A stretch of DNA of 64,000 nucleotides, taken from the NCBI GenBank assembly GCA_047967505.1, contig CM106538.1; one strand, written 5' to 3'. Below are positions 12,446 through 23,923 of this stretch, piece by piece. Positions within the stretch are counted from its first letter, which is position 1. Every line of letters begins with the position of its first letter. A program made the translations under genes and the position numbers. The notes beneath the pieces were generated by a model. It made no database searches and had not been told where the DNA came from. It worked only from the letters and a program-made list of their open reading frames with translations. The DNA is from Dipteris shenzhenensis. Its lineage: Eukaryota.

Positions 12446-14376
12446 GGTAAGCACCTCATACGTTCTTGTGGCAACCAAACGGCATAGCTGCTTGTTGAGA
12501 ACATTGTATTGATAGAAGTTGCGCTCAACTTGGCACCTACACCTATCGACACGTCCGGCTCTATACGTGCTTCTATAGGGTCATTTTGCTGCCTAGCCAA
12601 TGCAATTACCTTAGTTTGAGTACTTCGTGCCTTTCACTTTACCCATGTCTCCTTCCAAAGTTCCTGCTTTTCGATTGAAAGTGTAACGCTACTAGAAAAT
12701 TCGGCATGGTGCTTAATGTTTCCTATAATTGTCATGATTCATCTGCCTATCTCTAATGACCATACATCATGTGCTATATTTTCTAGTTGAGCATGGATGG
12801 GCGACACATCATCTCAATTGCTAATTTTTTCCACGATGACCTTCTTGAAAGCATCTAATAATTTATCATCGAGACCGATCTTCTGAATCATGCTTGCATC
12901 CATTTCTGAAATGGCTAGGATCACCTTTCGCTATATATAGCTATATAATTTTTTCCATTCTCTTGTTTCACTCCCATTCCCCATACCTACATCATGAACC
13001 AAATACCTTAAAGATATGTTGAAGAACACTTCAAAACAAAGAGATGGTTAATTATAGAACTTACAAGAATAATATCCTTAAATGATAGCATGGATCACAA
13101 AGAAAGATAATGGGAGAAGGAGAAGGATACAAAATCAAAGATAGGAGATGTAGCATCACAAAAGCGTAGAAAACACCGTTTAAGCTGAAAGGGCATTGTA
13201 CTTTTATTTAAAAAAGACATATGAAAGCCATACATTAGTGTTGTAATCCTATTACTTTTGCATATTTCCCTTTGTGGGTAAAACCTAAGTTTTTCCTTAG
13301 GCAAACGTGGCACAAGCACATTTTGAGCATTAGCATAATTGGGCTCCACCAACCCACGCACTGATCACTAACATCTAGAGTCTTGACAACACCTAAATGG
13401 CATATAGCCACCATTATATCTATATGCTTCTTTGTCATTGGCATGTCCCAGGTCATGTTCCCACACTCAAACTATATCCTCTCATCACGATCATCATCCA
13501 GTAGACGAGGATAGTCCTCAACCAGATACCTTGCAATATTATGGGCCACCCCCTCAAAAGATTGTAAGGCTTGGTAGATGCCCATTTCCCCCGGTGAGCA
13601 TCGAGACAAGTCACATGTGGAGCCTTTTAAATTGTCCCAAGTTAGTGCATTATCAGAAGAGTGTTTCAATTTCTTTGCCTTGGGCTCATCTTCCGGTAAG
13701 GCTTTATTTAGGGGACTCTCTAGATGCATGGCCCTGTCCATATGGAAACCTAGGACTGGCACACACTTAGTGCCATTGAAAAACCTCAATTTCTCCTTTA
13801 GTACAATATTGCAAAAAAGGTTTTGACAATGCACAAAGTAAGGAGCGGACCAGCCCAAATACAAATAACACACATCAACCCATGCAACGATCCCCAATTT
13901 GCAGATAGTAGCTATTGCATAACTATCTAGGTAGATGTAACAACCTTCATTCGGGCAACTTTCTAGGTAGATGTAACTACTGCATGGTATCTAAAAGTTG
14001 CTCGAATGAAGGTTTCTGCTGGAGACCATGTGAGATTTTTTGCATTAACTGCATCTTGGTATTCTGAACTTCCTTCCGAACTTGTGGAGGGATCCTCACC
14101 GGACACTGTGTTCCCAGGAACCCATTCTTCATCTTTCGAACTCGAAACGGTTTCATCCAATTCTAGCTGGATTACGGATGGTTCTCCTACCTCTCCCTGT
14201 GTTCCAACCGTCTTGCCAGATCCTTCCTCATTTGCATCAAGACGACCCCTTACTCGGGCCCTTGTAAAGTAGAGACAACGGAGATGACTCCGTTTCCTGC
14301 ATGTCTGACATCCGCTACCACTCTCTCCATGAACATTCTGTAAGATTGCTCGACTCTTTCTCCCTTCGGTCTTCAT
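12446..14376 (-). pseudogene. Probable N-terminal exons of the kinase gene (unknown domains)
   Basis: Series of co-oriented coding-like ORF pieces (13963-14376, 13472-13897, 13235-13456, ~12450-13005) leading into the kinase G-loop. Confidence 0.4.
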
Positions 14377-15609
14377 GTTAAATTATCTACGCCCGCCTCA
14401 ATACTCCCTGATTCCTCGACTAAGAATTCTCGCCTCTTCCACTGCAAATCACGGATTAATTCCCGCACATTGTTGATAATCTCCTAAAGTGCTTCACAAT
14501 TCCCAATGTTCACAGTTGTTTGTTGGAGTTTCCTTAACAACTAGAGAACATGGTAGAGAATATTGATTTCTCCCTGTAAGCGTTGAAGGTTCTCGTTCCA
14601 CCGACTAGACTCTGCGTGCGTGTGCTTTTTCTACCACATGCATTCCGCTTGAAGGAGCCATATGCTCTCTCTTCTCATGCTTGCAATTCAACAATGGCTA
14701 ATTGCTTTGCAGCATCAAATTGCTTGTAGGCGCAGATTGTGTTGACTTAATCTCTTTGATCACTAACTGTTTCAGGATTCGATTTAGTCGTTTTGATTGT
14801 CCATCCCCTTAGGGGTAGAACACCTGCGGCTTCGACATGTTATCTACTTTGTCTTTCAACTCCTTTGCCGCATTCGGTCGAAATGCCCAATTTATTTGTT
14901 GGATTGCTAGTGTAACAGGTAGAGATTAGATCCCAAAATCTACCTATTAGTAAACATACGATATCTTCATGAATGCATTCAAAGCTTCTGAAAGAGAATA
15001 CATTAACTCAAGATTGAGTGTAATAGAGATGATCAATTGACGTGAACAACTACATATTTCTTATATTGCAAATGGTTCTATAACAACTGCATATAAAGTA
15101 GGCATAGAACTAGGCAAAACAGAGTCCGATCAACAACACCATATCCGCATTCGGAATACTGTTTGACAAATTCATGAGTTGAACGACTAACTAACAACAT
15201 ATGGTAGTTGCTTGCTAACTTGCAGATGCGCCTCATCAACGGTTGCACAACTAACTCCCATTAAGGTTTTTCCATACATCCTATATCATTGTTAAAGATA
15301 AATAGTTCTTAAATATGTTTAGGCTAAACTTGCCCACAGTAGATACCGTAAGTAGGGCAAGTCTTCGATGATATAAAGCACTATCACAATAGCCACACTC
15401 CAGCATTGTACATCCATGGATCTCTGAATGAGACTTTGTGGCATTTTTTTGATTTACCCTACGGAGCAGAGTAAACACAAATCAAAGTCTGAATCTCACA
15501 CTGCACTGTATACTATCCATCATCCTAGTAAATAAACAACGAATCCCATGAGCAATTCTAATAAACAACCAGTCATAAGTCATTGACAACTTCACAAAAA
15601 AGGAGGAGG

Positions 15610-17990
15610 GACTAACATGTACTCTTTAATTAACCATTTGAAAGAAAAGGACTACTGGGAAGAGAATATATCGAGGAAAGCTTTACAGGAATACTCCAAA
15701 GCAGATGGAAGATGCATGCATCTTCATACGTGTTATTTAAGGTAACATCAATGGTTTCTTTCGGGAATATCCCAAAGCAGATGGAACTCTTTAATTAACC
15801 ATTTGAAAAGGAAAGAATAGCTAGAAAGAGAACATATTGACTACAAGACTGGAACTAGTATGCATTCATCGATGCCTCCCGTCCCCTTTTGTTTTGCAAA
15901 AAGATCCATTTTTTGGCCAATCTTTGACATAGAGCACTTTTAAATAATCAATTGAATTCCTAACAGTTCTAAAAGTACGTTTAACCCTACATGTGTCCTA
16001 ACGCAGGAATTCCATGTGCCATTTGAGCAAACCCTTTTGGGAATACCCCAAAGCAGATGGAACCAACATGTACTCTTTAATAAAGTGTACAGAAGGAAAG
16101 AACTATCGAGAAGAGAACATATTGATTAATACCTGTAAATCCCATGTGCCACTTGAGCAAACCTTTGTAGGAATACCCCAAAGCAAATGGAAGGTATATG
16201 CATATTCTTACATGTTGTTAAAGGACACATTAGCATGTAAACAAAGCATCGAAAAACCATTCAAAGAAAACCAAGCACATCATTACTTACTATGAGTGCC
16301 ATGTGCCACAAATTCTACCAGTACTTAAAAAGTATATTTAACCGCCGTGCATATTCCATTATACATGAATCCCATGTGCCATTTGAGCAAACCCTTCTGG
16401 CGATACCCCAAGGCAAATGGAACTAACATGCATTCTTTAATGGACAATTTAAAAGGCGAGAACTACTACAAACATAATAGACACATTCATTGACCAACAA
16501 CTACAAATCCCATGTGCCATTTGAGAAAACCCTGTAGGGATACCCCAAAGTAGATGGAAGATGTAGCAGGCTTGTTACAAGTTATTCAAGGAGGCCTCAG
16601 TACAAAAACGTAGTTTTAGAGATATACCATAACACATGAACCCTATGTGCCATTTGAGCAAACCCTTCCAGGAATACCGCAAAGCAGATGGAAGTAACCC
16701 ATATTCTTTAGGTATATTTAACCGCTACACATATTCCATTATACATGAATCCCATGTGCCATTTGAGCAAACCCTTCCGGGGATACCCCAAGGCAGATGG
16801 AACTAACATGCATTCTTTAATGGATGATTTAAAAGACGGGAACTGCTATGAACATAATAGACACATATATTGACCAACACCTACAAATTCCATGTGCCAT
16901 TTGAGCAAACCCCTGCAGGGATACCCCAAAGCAGATGGAAGATCTAGCAGGCTTGTTACAAGTTATTCAAGGAGACCTCAGCACAAAAACGTAGTTTTAG
17001 ACATATATCATAACACATGAAGCCCATGTGCCATTTGAGCAAACCCTTCCGACAATACCCCAAAGCAGATGGAAGTAACCCATATTCTTTAATGACCCAT
17101 CTAAAAGAAAGGAATCACAAGGAAGAGAACATGTACATTCATTGGCCAGCACCTGTGAACCCCATGTGCCATTTGAGCAAACCCTTACAGGGATACCCCA
17201 AAGCAGATGGTGGACGCAGGCACCTTGGCATGTGTTATGTAAAGAGATTTCAGCAAAGAAAGATAGAAAACAAAAAAATACAAGCACACAAGCATTCGAG
17301 GTCATACCTGAAGCCTGCTCAAATTACTAACGCATGAATTCCATGTGCCATTTGAGAAAACCCTTTCGGGAATACCCCAAAGCAGATGGAACTGAGATGT
17401 ACTCTTTAATGAACCATACGGAAGAAAAGAACTACCAGGAAGAGAACATATTGACCAATACATGCAAATCCCATGTGCCATTTGAGCAAACCTTTGCAGG
17501 AATACCCCAAAGCAGATGGAAGGTACATGTATATTCTTACATGTTATTAAAGGACACATTAGCACGTAAACAAAGCTTCAAAAAACCATTGGAAGAAAAC
17601 CAAGCACATCATCACTTTTGAGCGACATGTGCCACAAATTCTACCAGTACCTAAAAAGTATATATTTAACCACCGCACATAGTCCCTTATACATGAATCC
17701 CATGTGCCATTTGAGTAAACCCTTTCGAGGATACCCCAAGGCAAATGGAACTAACATGCATTCTTTAATGGATGATTTAAAAGGTGTGAACTACTACGAA
17801 GAAAACAGACACATTCATTGGCCAACACCTACAAATCCCATGTGCGATTTGAGCAAACCCTTGTAGGGATACCCCAAAGGAGATGGTAGATGCAAGCACC
17901 TTGGCATGTGTTATCTAAAGAGGTTTGAGTAAAGAAAGATAGAGAATAAAAAAATATAGGCACACGCGCATTCGAGGTTAGCATTTATGG
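15610..17990 (-). repeat. Array of 13 full and 2 partial 53-nt conserved hairpin cores separated by 56-177 nt spacers (higher-order repeat)
   Basis: Core T(C/T)CCATGTGCCATTTGAGCAAACCCTTNCRGGRATACCCCAAAGCAGATGGAA starting at about 16010, 16140, 16370, 16508, 16641, 16750, 16888, 17022, 17160, 17339, 17469, 17698, 17836; partial copies at ~15675 and ~15756. Confidence 0.95.
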
Positions 17991-18489
17991 ACCTCCTTCT
18001 AATGTGCTAACAAACTACCTATGCCTCCTCAAAGTAATCTCCACCCATGTTTCATTAGAAAATTCCCAACAAAATGTAGTTCATTATTCACGAATCCATC
18101 GTACAGCAAACCATTCATTGTTAGGCATACTTCAAACGCAGAATTAACACCGAGATAATTGAAAGGCATGAAGAGAATCTCTTGAGAGTAAGAGACAAGA
18201 GGGACCGCTCATCACAGATAACGCTATCCCCACAGTCAAACATGCGTTGACCCGGGAGACTTGGAAGACATGGCAATTCCCCTCTAATTGGCTTGGACAC
18301 AGAACATCTGATTGCCTGAGCTAAGTGTCAGGATTAGGACTTGAAGTTACTGATAGAATTTGAGAGTTGCCAACGGGATTAGGACTCTAAGAGTTATTGT
18401 GGGCGTGGGAGGGATTTTGAACAAGGAAAGGAGGCCATGAAGGATCAGAATTATTCACTGGGCAACCGAGCTTCCAAAGCAATCTTCCG

Positions 18490-18790
18490 TCGTGGAAGCA
18501 AAAATCAGATGAGCAATTCAAGCTTCCACAGCAATATTTAGACTAAAACCTCTGTGGTGGAAGCAAAAATCAGATAAAGCAATCCATGCTTCTACAGCAA
18601 AACATCTATTGTGGAAGCAAGAATGAGAAGAGCAATTGAAGCTTCCACATCAATCTCTAGCTTTAAACTTCTCTGCTGTGGAAGTAATCTCTAGATCAAA
18701 ATCTATGTTGTGCAGGAAGCAAAAGAATTTCAGACCTCGGATGTGGAAGCTCAAAATCTCAGAGAAGCAATTGAAGCTGCGTTCCAACCA
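18490..18790. repeat. Cluster of ~40-bp stem-loop repeats GTGGAAGC-(~22 nt)-GCTTCCAC; related copy at 19281-19320
   Basis: Copies at 18492-18529, 18557-18595, 18611-18648; degenerate copies at ~18678 and ~18743. Confidence 0.8.
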
Positions 18791-19345
18791 ACAACGTTAT
18801 CAACTTTAATAAAACGAGCGGGCCAACACAATTACGTTGTTTGCAGAATAAATGTGCAGCCGGAATCGAATCCGAACTCGGTAATTTCGAAACCCAGAGG
18901 GCTCAGACAAGGACACGACGTTTGTTTCAGAGTGGTATGATAAAAACTATAAACTTCAATAGTGGCTATTGGTATCGGATGCGGGCCTTTAAAGAGGCAT
19001 TGGCTTACACAATATGAAAGGTCTCACAAAAGTTCAAACTGAATCGGATTCAATTTCCAAATTCCAAGGTGAGTGTGGCTTTGTTGCTGGGGAGCAGTGC
19101 CTTTATAGGACGGATACACAGAGATTGTCAAGAAAAATGCCGCAACTGAAGGGTTGAACAACAATTGGAGCACATTAAAGCTGTTGTTGCGATAGAACAT
19201 GGACAACGTCACAGCAAGCGTGTTGCCAAAAACCTCGTAGATTAATCTCATCATACGCTGTGGCACGAAAAACTGTTGCTGTGCAAGGCAAAATCAGATG
19301 ATGAAATTCAAAGCTTGCACAAGCAAAAATCAGATGATCAATCCA

Positions 19346-19519
19346 AGCAAGTTTTCGATTCCCATTTGCGACTATGTGCGAAATTGAGCACTGAAAAGAT
19401 CACGAAGCCCTCCAAAGGGCTTTAAAGGCCCAAGTTGGCTTTCCAGCAAGTTTTCGATTCCCATTTGCGACTATGTGCGAAATTGAGCATTGAAAAGATC
19501 ACGAAGCCCTCCAAAGGGC
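19346..19519. repeat. 75-bp direct repeat, period 99
   Basis: 19346-19420 and 19445-19519 are nearly identical. Confidence 0.9.
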
Positions 19520-20139
19520 AAACTCCATCCCCAGGACTGCTAGGAGAATGAGAACAATCGCTCTCAAAGGCTGCATTGTAACTATCCGCCTCTTTTTCCC
19601 CTTCGGTCTCCGGAGAAGCGCACCTGGAGAAGACTGCTTTGGGGAGTCGCTGTGGCAGCAAAGGTTGGACAGTCGCGGCTGCTGCTGCGGGGAAGAGGAG
19701 GTTTTGAGAGGCTGGGAGGGCGTGAGGCTATCGTTCAATGTGGCATCGTCCCAACCAGGGATACGCGTGAGGATTTCTTCCTAGGAGGGAGAAACGAAGG
19801 ATTGGGATAAGATGAAGTGGAAGGGGTTGGAGGGGAGCATCATGGGGAGGAGGAGGGAGAAGAAGCGAAGAGCTCTCAAGAGTCCAGCGATGGCGAGGCA
19901 GAAGAAGCAAAAAGGTGAAAATCCGCCATAGCTCAGAGTGAAGTGCCCAAGACAGAAACGGGTTGAAACTTAGCACATGAAGGAACCATTCGGCAACATG
20001 TTGGAAGCGAGAGGGCATTTTCGGGTTCTTGCGCTGTTAGAGCCAAGACCTCGTCCACCAACGATTTACCAGCGTCAATGTCGACTGCTGATACAGAGAG
20101 GGCTCTGAATGCAGTAGCTCCTATGAAACCGAACGAACT

Positions 20140-20480
20140 AAAAGGAACATTACTGAATTGGAGCTGGGATCTCTGTTCCGATTGTTGGGATTGCAGCCAC
20201 ACACACAACAACTGGTGGCATTGACGCTTAAAGCAGATACCAACAAAAATGGCTTGATAGAGTTTGAAGAATTCGTAAATGTGCTTGCAGCACCCGAGGA
20301 GGCCAAGAATCCTCCATATAGCGAAGAGCCATTGCAAGCTCTGTTTCGCAAATTTGGCAATGGTTTCATTATGGCAGTAGAGTTGGCTCACTCTATGGCG
20401 CGTCTTGGCCATGCTCTTACTGCCAGGGAGGGTTAATCCAATACAATCAGAAGGTGATGCTCATGAAATCAGCTTCGAAA
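20140..20480 (+). pseudogene. Calmodulin-like (CML17/CML18-type) EF-hand protein fragment, intronless
   Basis: ELGSLFRLLGLQP...KADTNKNGLIEFEEFV...PYSEEPLQALFRKF-GNGFI.A.ELAHSMARLGHALT; third EF loop lacks DxD; frameshifts at both ends. Confidence 0.85.
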
Positions 20481-20954
20481 ACTGAAACTGGGATTGAAGA
20501 AAGTAACAAAGCACATGAAGCCAAGTTTGAAGGTCCAGGCTTTGGTGATGACGACTTTGCAGGGCCAAGGAGCAGCTTCTTTGACGATGACTCCATAGGG
20601 GGAAGCAACAGTACTGAGAAATATTCTTAGCATGCGCATCGACAGGATGAATCCACAATTGGTGAGTTGAAATCTCAAGTTTCGAAGTTCGTAACTTGGC
20701 CCATTTCCTTTCTCTAAAGATATTAGTGGGTTGGAAGAGGAGGAGAAGGTAAAAGAATGGAGAATTCCTCAACAAATAAGACAGGATCGTAGTGGATTTG
20801 TTGTCTCTTGCACACTCTTGCACAGCTAAAGCTCCCAAACTCCAATCTCAACACCCGATCTCCAATCTCAATAGGATGCACAACTCCCACTTCGAACACC
20901 ATCTCCAATTTACACTTTGATGGAGTGGTGAACCTTCTTTTTAATAGGCATGGT

Positions 20955-21091
20955 AAGCCAAAAAAACTATAAAGCCAACCGAAAAAGCTATAAAGCCAAT
21001 TATGAAACTCATTCACCCAAAATAGAGTTCTAAGCCAAAAAAGCTATAAAGCCAACCCAAAATATGAAACTCACTCACCCAAAATAGAGTT
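20955..21091. repeat. Short tandem duplication (AAAAGCTATAAAGCCAA / TATGAAACTCAYTCACCCAAAATAGAGTT units)
   Basis: Direct reading. Confidence 0.75.
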
Positions 21092-21184
21092 TTTGAATTT
21101 CAAAAATTCCCCCAAAAAATAGGAATAATCACAAAACTTTGCCCCAACCCAATCCTTAAGCACTGTCTCTAGGAGAGGTAGTGC

Positions 21185-21460
21185 TAACAAATGACCAAGA
21201 TAGAAGTGCCTTCAAAAACAAATGAATGACACACCAAATCATCATTAGCTTCAGAAACACATCCACATAGGAAGTAACCTCTACACAGGAATTGAGCAGC
21301 ATACCCCTTCTAAGGCAACTCACATTTGAAGGCCTGAAATTGATCAAGCTCCTCCATTGATAGAACACGACCCGTGAAAAAGGGATAGACTCCTTCCTTA
21401 GCCAATCTTTCCAATTCCGGCTTAATTGCCTCGAACTGCACCTCGCATGGAATAGTCATG
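21185..21460 (-). mobile_element. Possible LINE ORF1 (DUF4283-like) remnant
   Basis: Translation ELERLAKEGVYPFFTGRVLSMEELDQF...FLCRGYF resembles the plant L1 ORF1 N-terminal region. Confidence 0.3.
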
Positions 21461-22073
21461 TCTCCTCCCATTGTTTGGCAACTTCTATCTCCCTCCGTAG
21501 CACATCAACTCGCAATAGTCCCCATTCGTCCTCTTCGGTAAGGGAGGAGACTCGCCCCCTCGAAGTTTCTTGGCCATTGTGACTGCGAATCTACCTTTTG
21601 GGGATTCTGTTTGCCGGATTCGACATCTCACACATCATCTCCCTTTCACCATCAAGCGAGTTGACACGCCTCATTGATGACCCCGCACAACCTTCCTCGG
21701 ACACCTCATCCCATCTACGACGTTTGTTCCTACCTTCGTGCTACGAAAACGTCCCAAGCCACCAAGGAGAGATCACTCCTAGTTTCTCCTTCCCCGTCCC
21801 TTTTTGTTTAGCATTGCCTGTCAAGGAGAGGAGCGCTCTACTAAAAAGTGTTCATCCAATCAAATTTGGAATTTCTCTCTCGCGAGCGCGGCTTCCCCCG
21901 ACATCAGACTCGGGCACATCATGTTTCGATGGACTCGTGAGACATCATGTGAGCACGTGACACTGCATGGCATGACACGTGACAATCTTTCCAACTTCAT
22001 TTTTCCGATGGAGGGAAAAGCATCACGCAGTTTGGCATTCGAATGAACAAGAAACTTGTTTGTAATTCTGGCC

Positions 22074-22145
22074 ATGGAGAGAGCCACAGGCGTTCTATCT
22101 TCCTCGGTCATCCTGCACGTCGATCTCGACTGCTTCTACGCAGCG
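22074..22145 (+). CDS. POLH: Y-family DNA polymerase eta-like, exon 1
   Basis: MERATGVLSSSVILHVDLDCFYAA then GT; catalytic D-x-D-C-F-Y motif. Confidence 0.9.
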
Positions 22146-22310
22146 GTACCGTGAGAAATTTCTCTCATTACTCGTCAATCTCTGTTTGGAGAGTGATTGG
22201 CATCGGCGGGAAATGATCTGTATTGGGCATTGGATAATGGGCGATAATGTGTTTTGCCAAAGTAACTCGCGCTATTGATGCCTCGGCCCGCGAATGTTTT
22301 TTGGGAGCAG

Positions 22311-22448
22311 GTTGAGCAGGTGAGACTGGGGATTCCACGGGAAAAGCCCCTCGCCGTACAGCAGTGGGAGGGTCTTATAGCTGTCAATTACGCCGCTCGT
22401 GCTGCAGGCGTGGTCCGCCACGACCGAGTTTCTGAAGCTCTTCGCAAG
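22311..22448 (+). CDS. POLH: DNA polymerase eta-like, exon 2
   Basis: AG/GT bounded, phase 0; VEQVRLGIPREKPLAVQQWEGLIAVNYAARAAGVVRHDRVSEALRK. Confidence 0.93.
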
Positions 22449-23054
22449 GTACGAAGGGAGGCCTGCATAACAGTCGTGTTCACTTGTATGCAGCTACAAT
22501 TGAAGTCTTTCTATAGTCTGGACCCGCGAGCCTACACTGTAAGCTGCATAAACAAAATAATATTCAAGGACAGGTTGAGTCAAAACATGAAAAGAAGAAG
22601 AACTGTCTCAGCACACGATCAGCACTCCGAGAGGGAGTGTTAAACTTATAATTTGACTTCGATTGTATTTCGACTTGTGATATGTACTGAGTGTTAAACT
22701 TCTCTGGTCTCAATTTAAATTTCTTTAATGCAGGCTGATCAATGATGGTTATGTCTCCTATGAGTAGATATACATTTCTAGATAGTTTTGAAGTCACCCC
22801 CCCTCCGCCCTCCCCCCCCCCCCCCCCAACCTCTCCTTCGAAAAATTATAAATAAAATCATAACTAATCCCTCTAAAGTTTAAGAGTCTTGTACCTTGCA
22901 TGCCTCTTACGGCACACCTCTTACGACTACGATGTTTTACCCTTTTCTTTACGCCTTAAAAGAATGGTGTCTTCTTAGTTTTGGTGTTTGTAGAGTGTCA
23001 TTTCATTTATTTACTAAAGATTGTAGATTTAATTGTTATTATTTCCCATTTCAG

Positions 23055-23162
23055 TGTCCAGATTTGCATCTGGTGCATGTTGAGACTATTGGAAATGATG
23101 AAGGGATCGCTTCAGCTGCTAGTCGTGGCAGTGCGAAGGTATCATTGGAGCGATATCGACAG
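23055..23162 (+). CDS. POLH: DNA polymerase eta-like, exon 3
   Basis: AG/GT bounded; CPDLHLVHVETIG...KVSLERYRQ. Confidence 0.92.
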
Positions 23163-23533
23163 GTGCATCCATGGAAAGGCCATATAGCTTTTCATGCAGA
23201 TTTGTGGAGAAAAACATTGATTTACTTTTCCATCTCTCCTTTCCTTGCAGTTTTAGTTTTCATTTTTATGTCTATGTAAGTTGTCAAGTTGATACAATGA
23301 CTAAATGTACTGCACTCACCATTTTGGTGGAGTTGCTTCAGTTGGCATCCTTTGTGCATTCAATTTGATTAACTTCTGTCTGGCTCGTTTTTGTGGCTTT
23401 GTGCTTTGGCCCAACCAGGGATTTGATTTAAAGGGGTCCAATATAATTTTGATTGACCAATTGTAGTTTCTTTCATTTTTTTTGCTGTCGTGCCCCCCCT
23501 AGGAGTCTGATATGCATTTTATTAATGCTGCAG

Positions 23534-23626
23534 GCTTCAAGGTGCGTCTTTGAGATATTTTGTCAACATGCTGATATTTGTGAAAGAGCAAGCATTGATG
23601 AAGCTTACTTAGACATTACTCGGCAG
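23534..23626 (+). CDS. POLH: DNA polymerase eta-like, exon 4
   Basis: AG/GT bounded; ASRCVFEIF...CERASIDEAYLDITRQ (catalytic SIDE). Confidence 0.93.
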
Positions 23627-23923
23627 GTTGTTATTCTTTGTCAAGGTCTTTATTTCCTGGTTCAATTATTTATTATTGTCTTCTTATCTAAAGGCTGACT
23701 AGTAGATGAGTTAGATGGTTGTTTACCTAGAGGACTTGAAGTCTGCAAGGGAGGTTTAGTTTTATCTTCTTTTAGCTAATAGCTGTCATGCTTAAGTTAG
23801 ATAGTTGCACCAACGTTCTTTGGGTGTAAGATGTGTTTGTCAAAGGGATCGTTTTGATATTGTATGAATATCTCGTTGCTGCCTTTGATTTATGCATTTA
23901 TTAGCTGTGAATGGTCTTATCAG

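Noticed and set aside
16014-17866. Repetitive ORFs (MCHLSKPF.. / HLLWGIP..) as a repeat protein or micro-exon gene
   Set aside because: The frame is not kept between units, stops are frequent and splice sites are inconsistent.
15670-17990. CRISPR array
   Set aside because: Spacers are homologous to one another and vary from 56 to 177 nt, repeats are degenerate, there are no cas genes, and the context is eukaryotic.
18490-18790. Hammerhead ribozyme (CAGATGAG resembles CUGAUGAG)
   Set aside because: The core CUGAnGA is not matched and no stem II-GAAA-stem III arrangement is visible.
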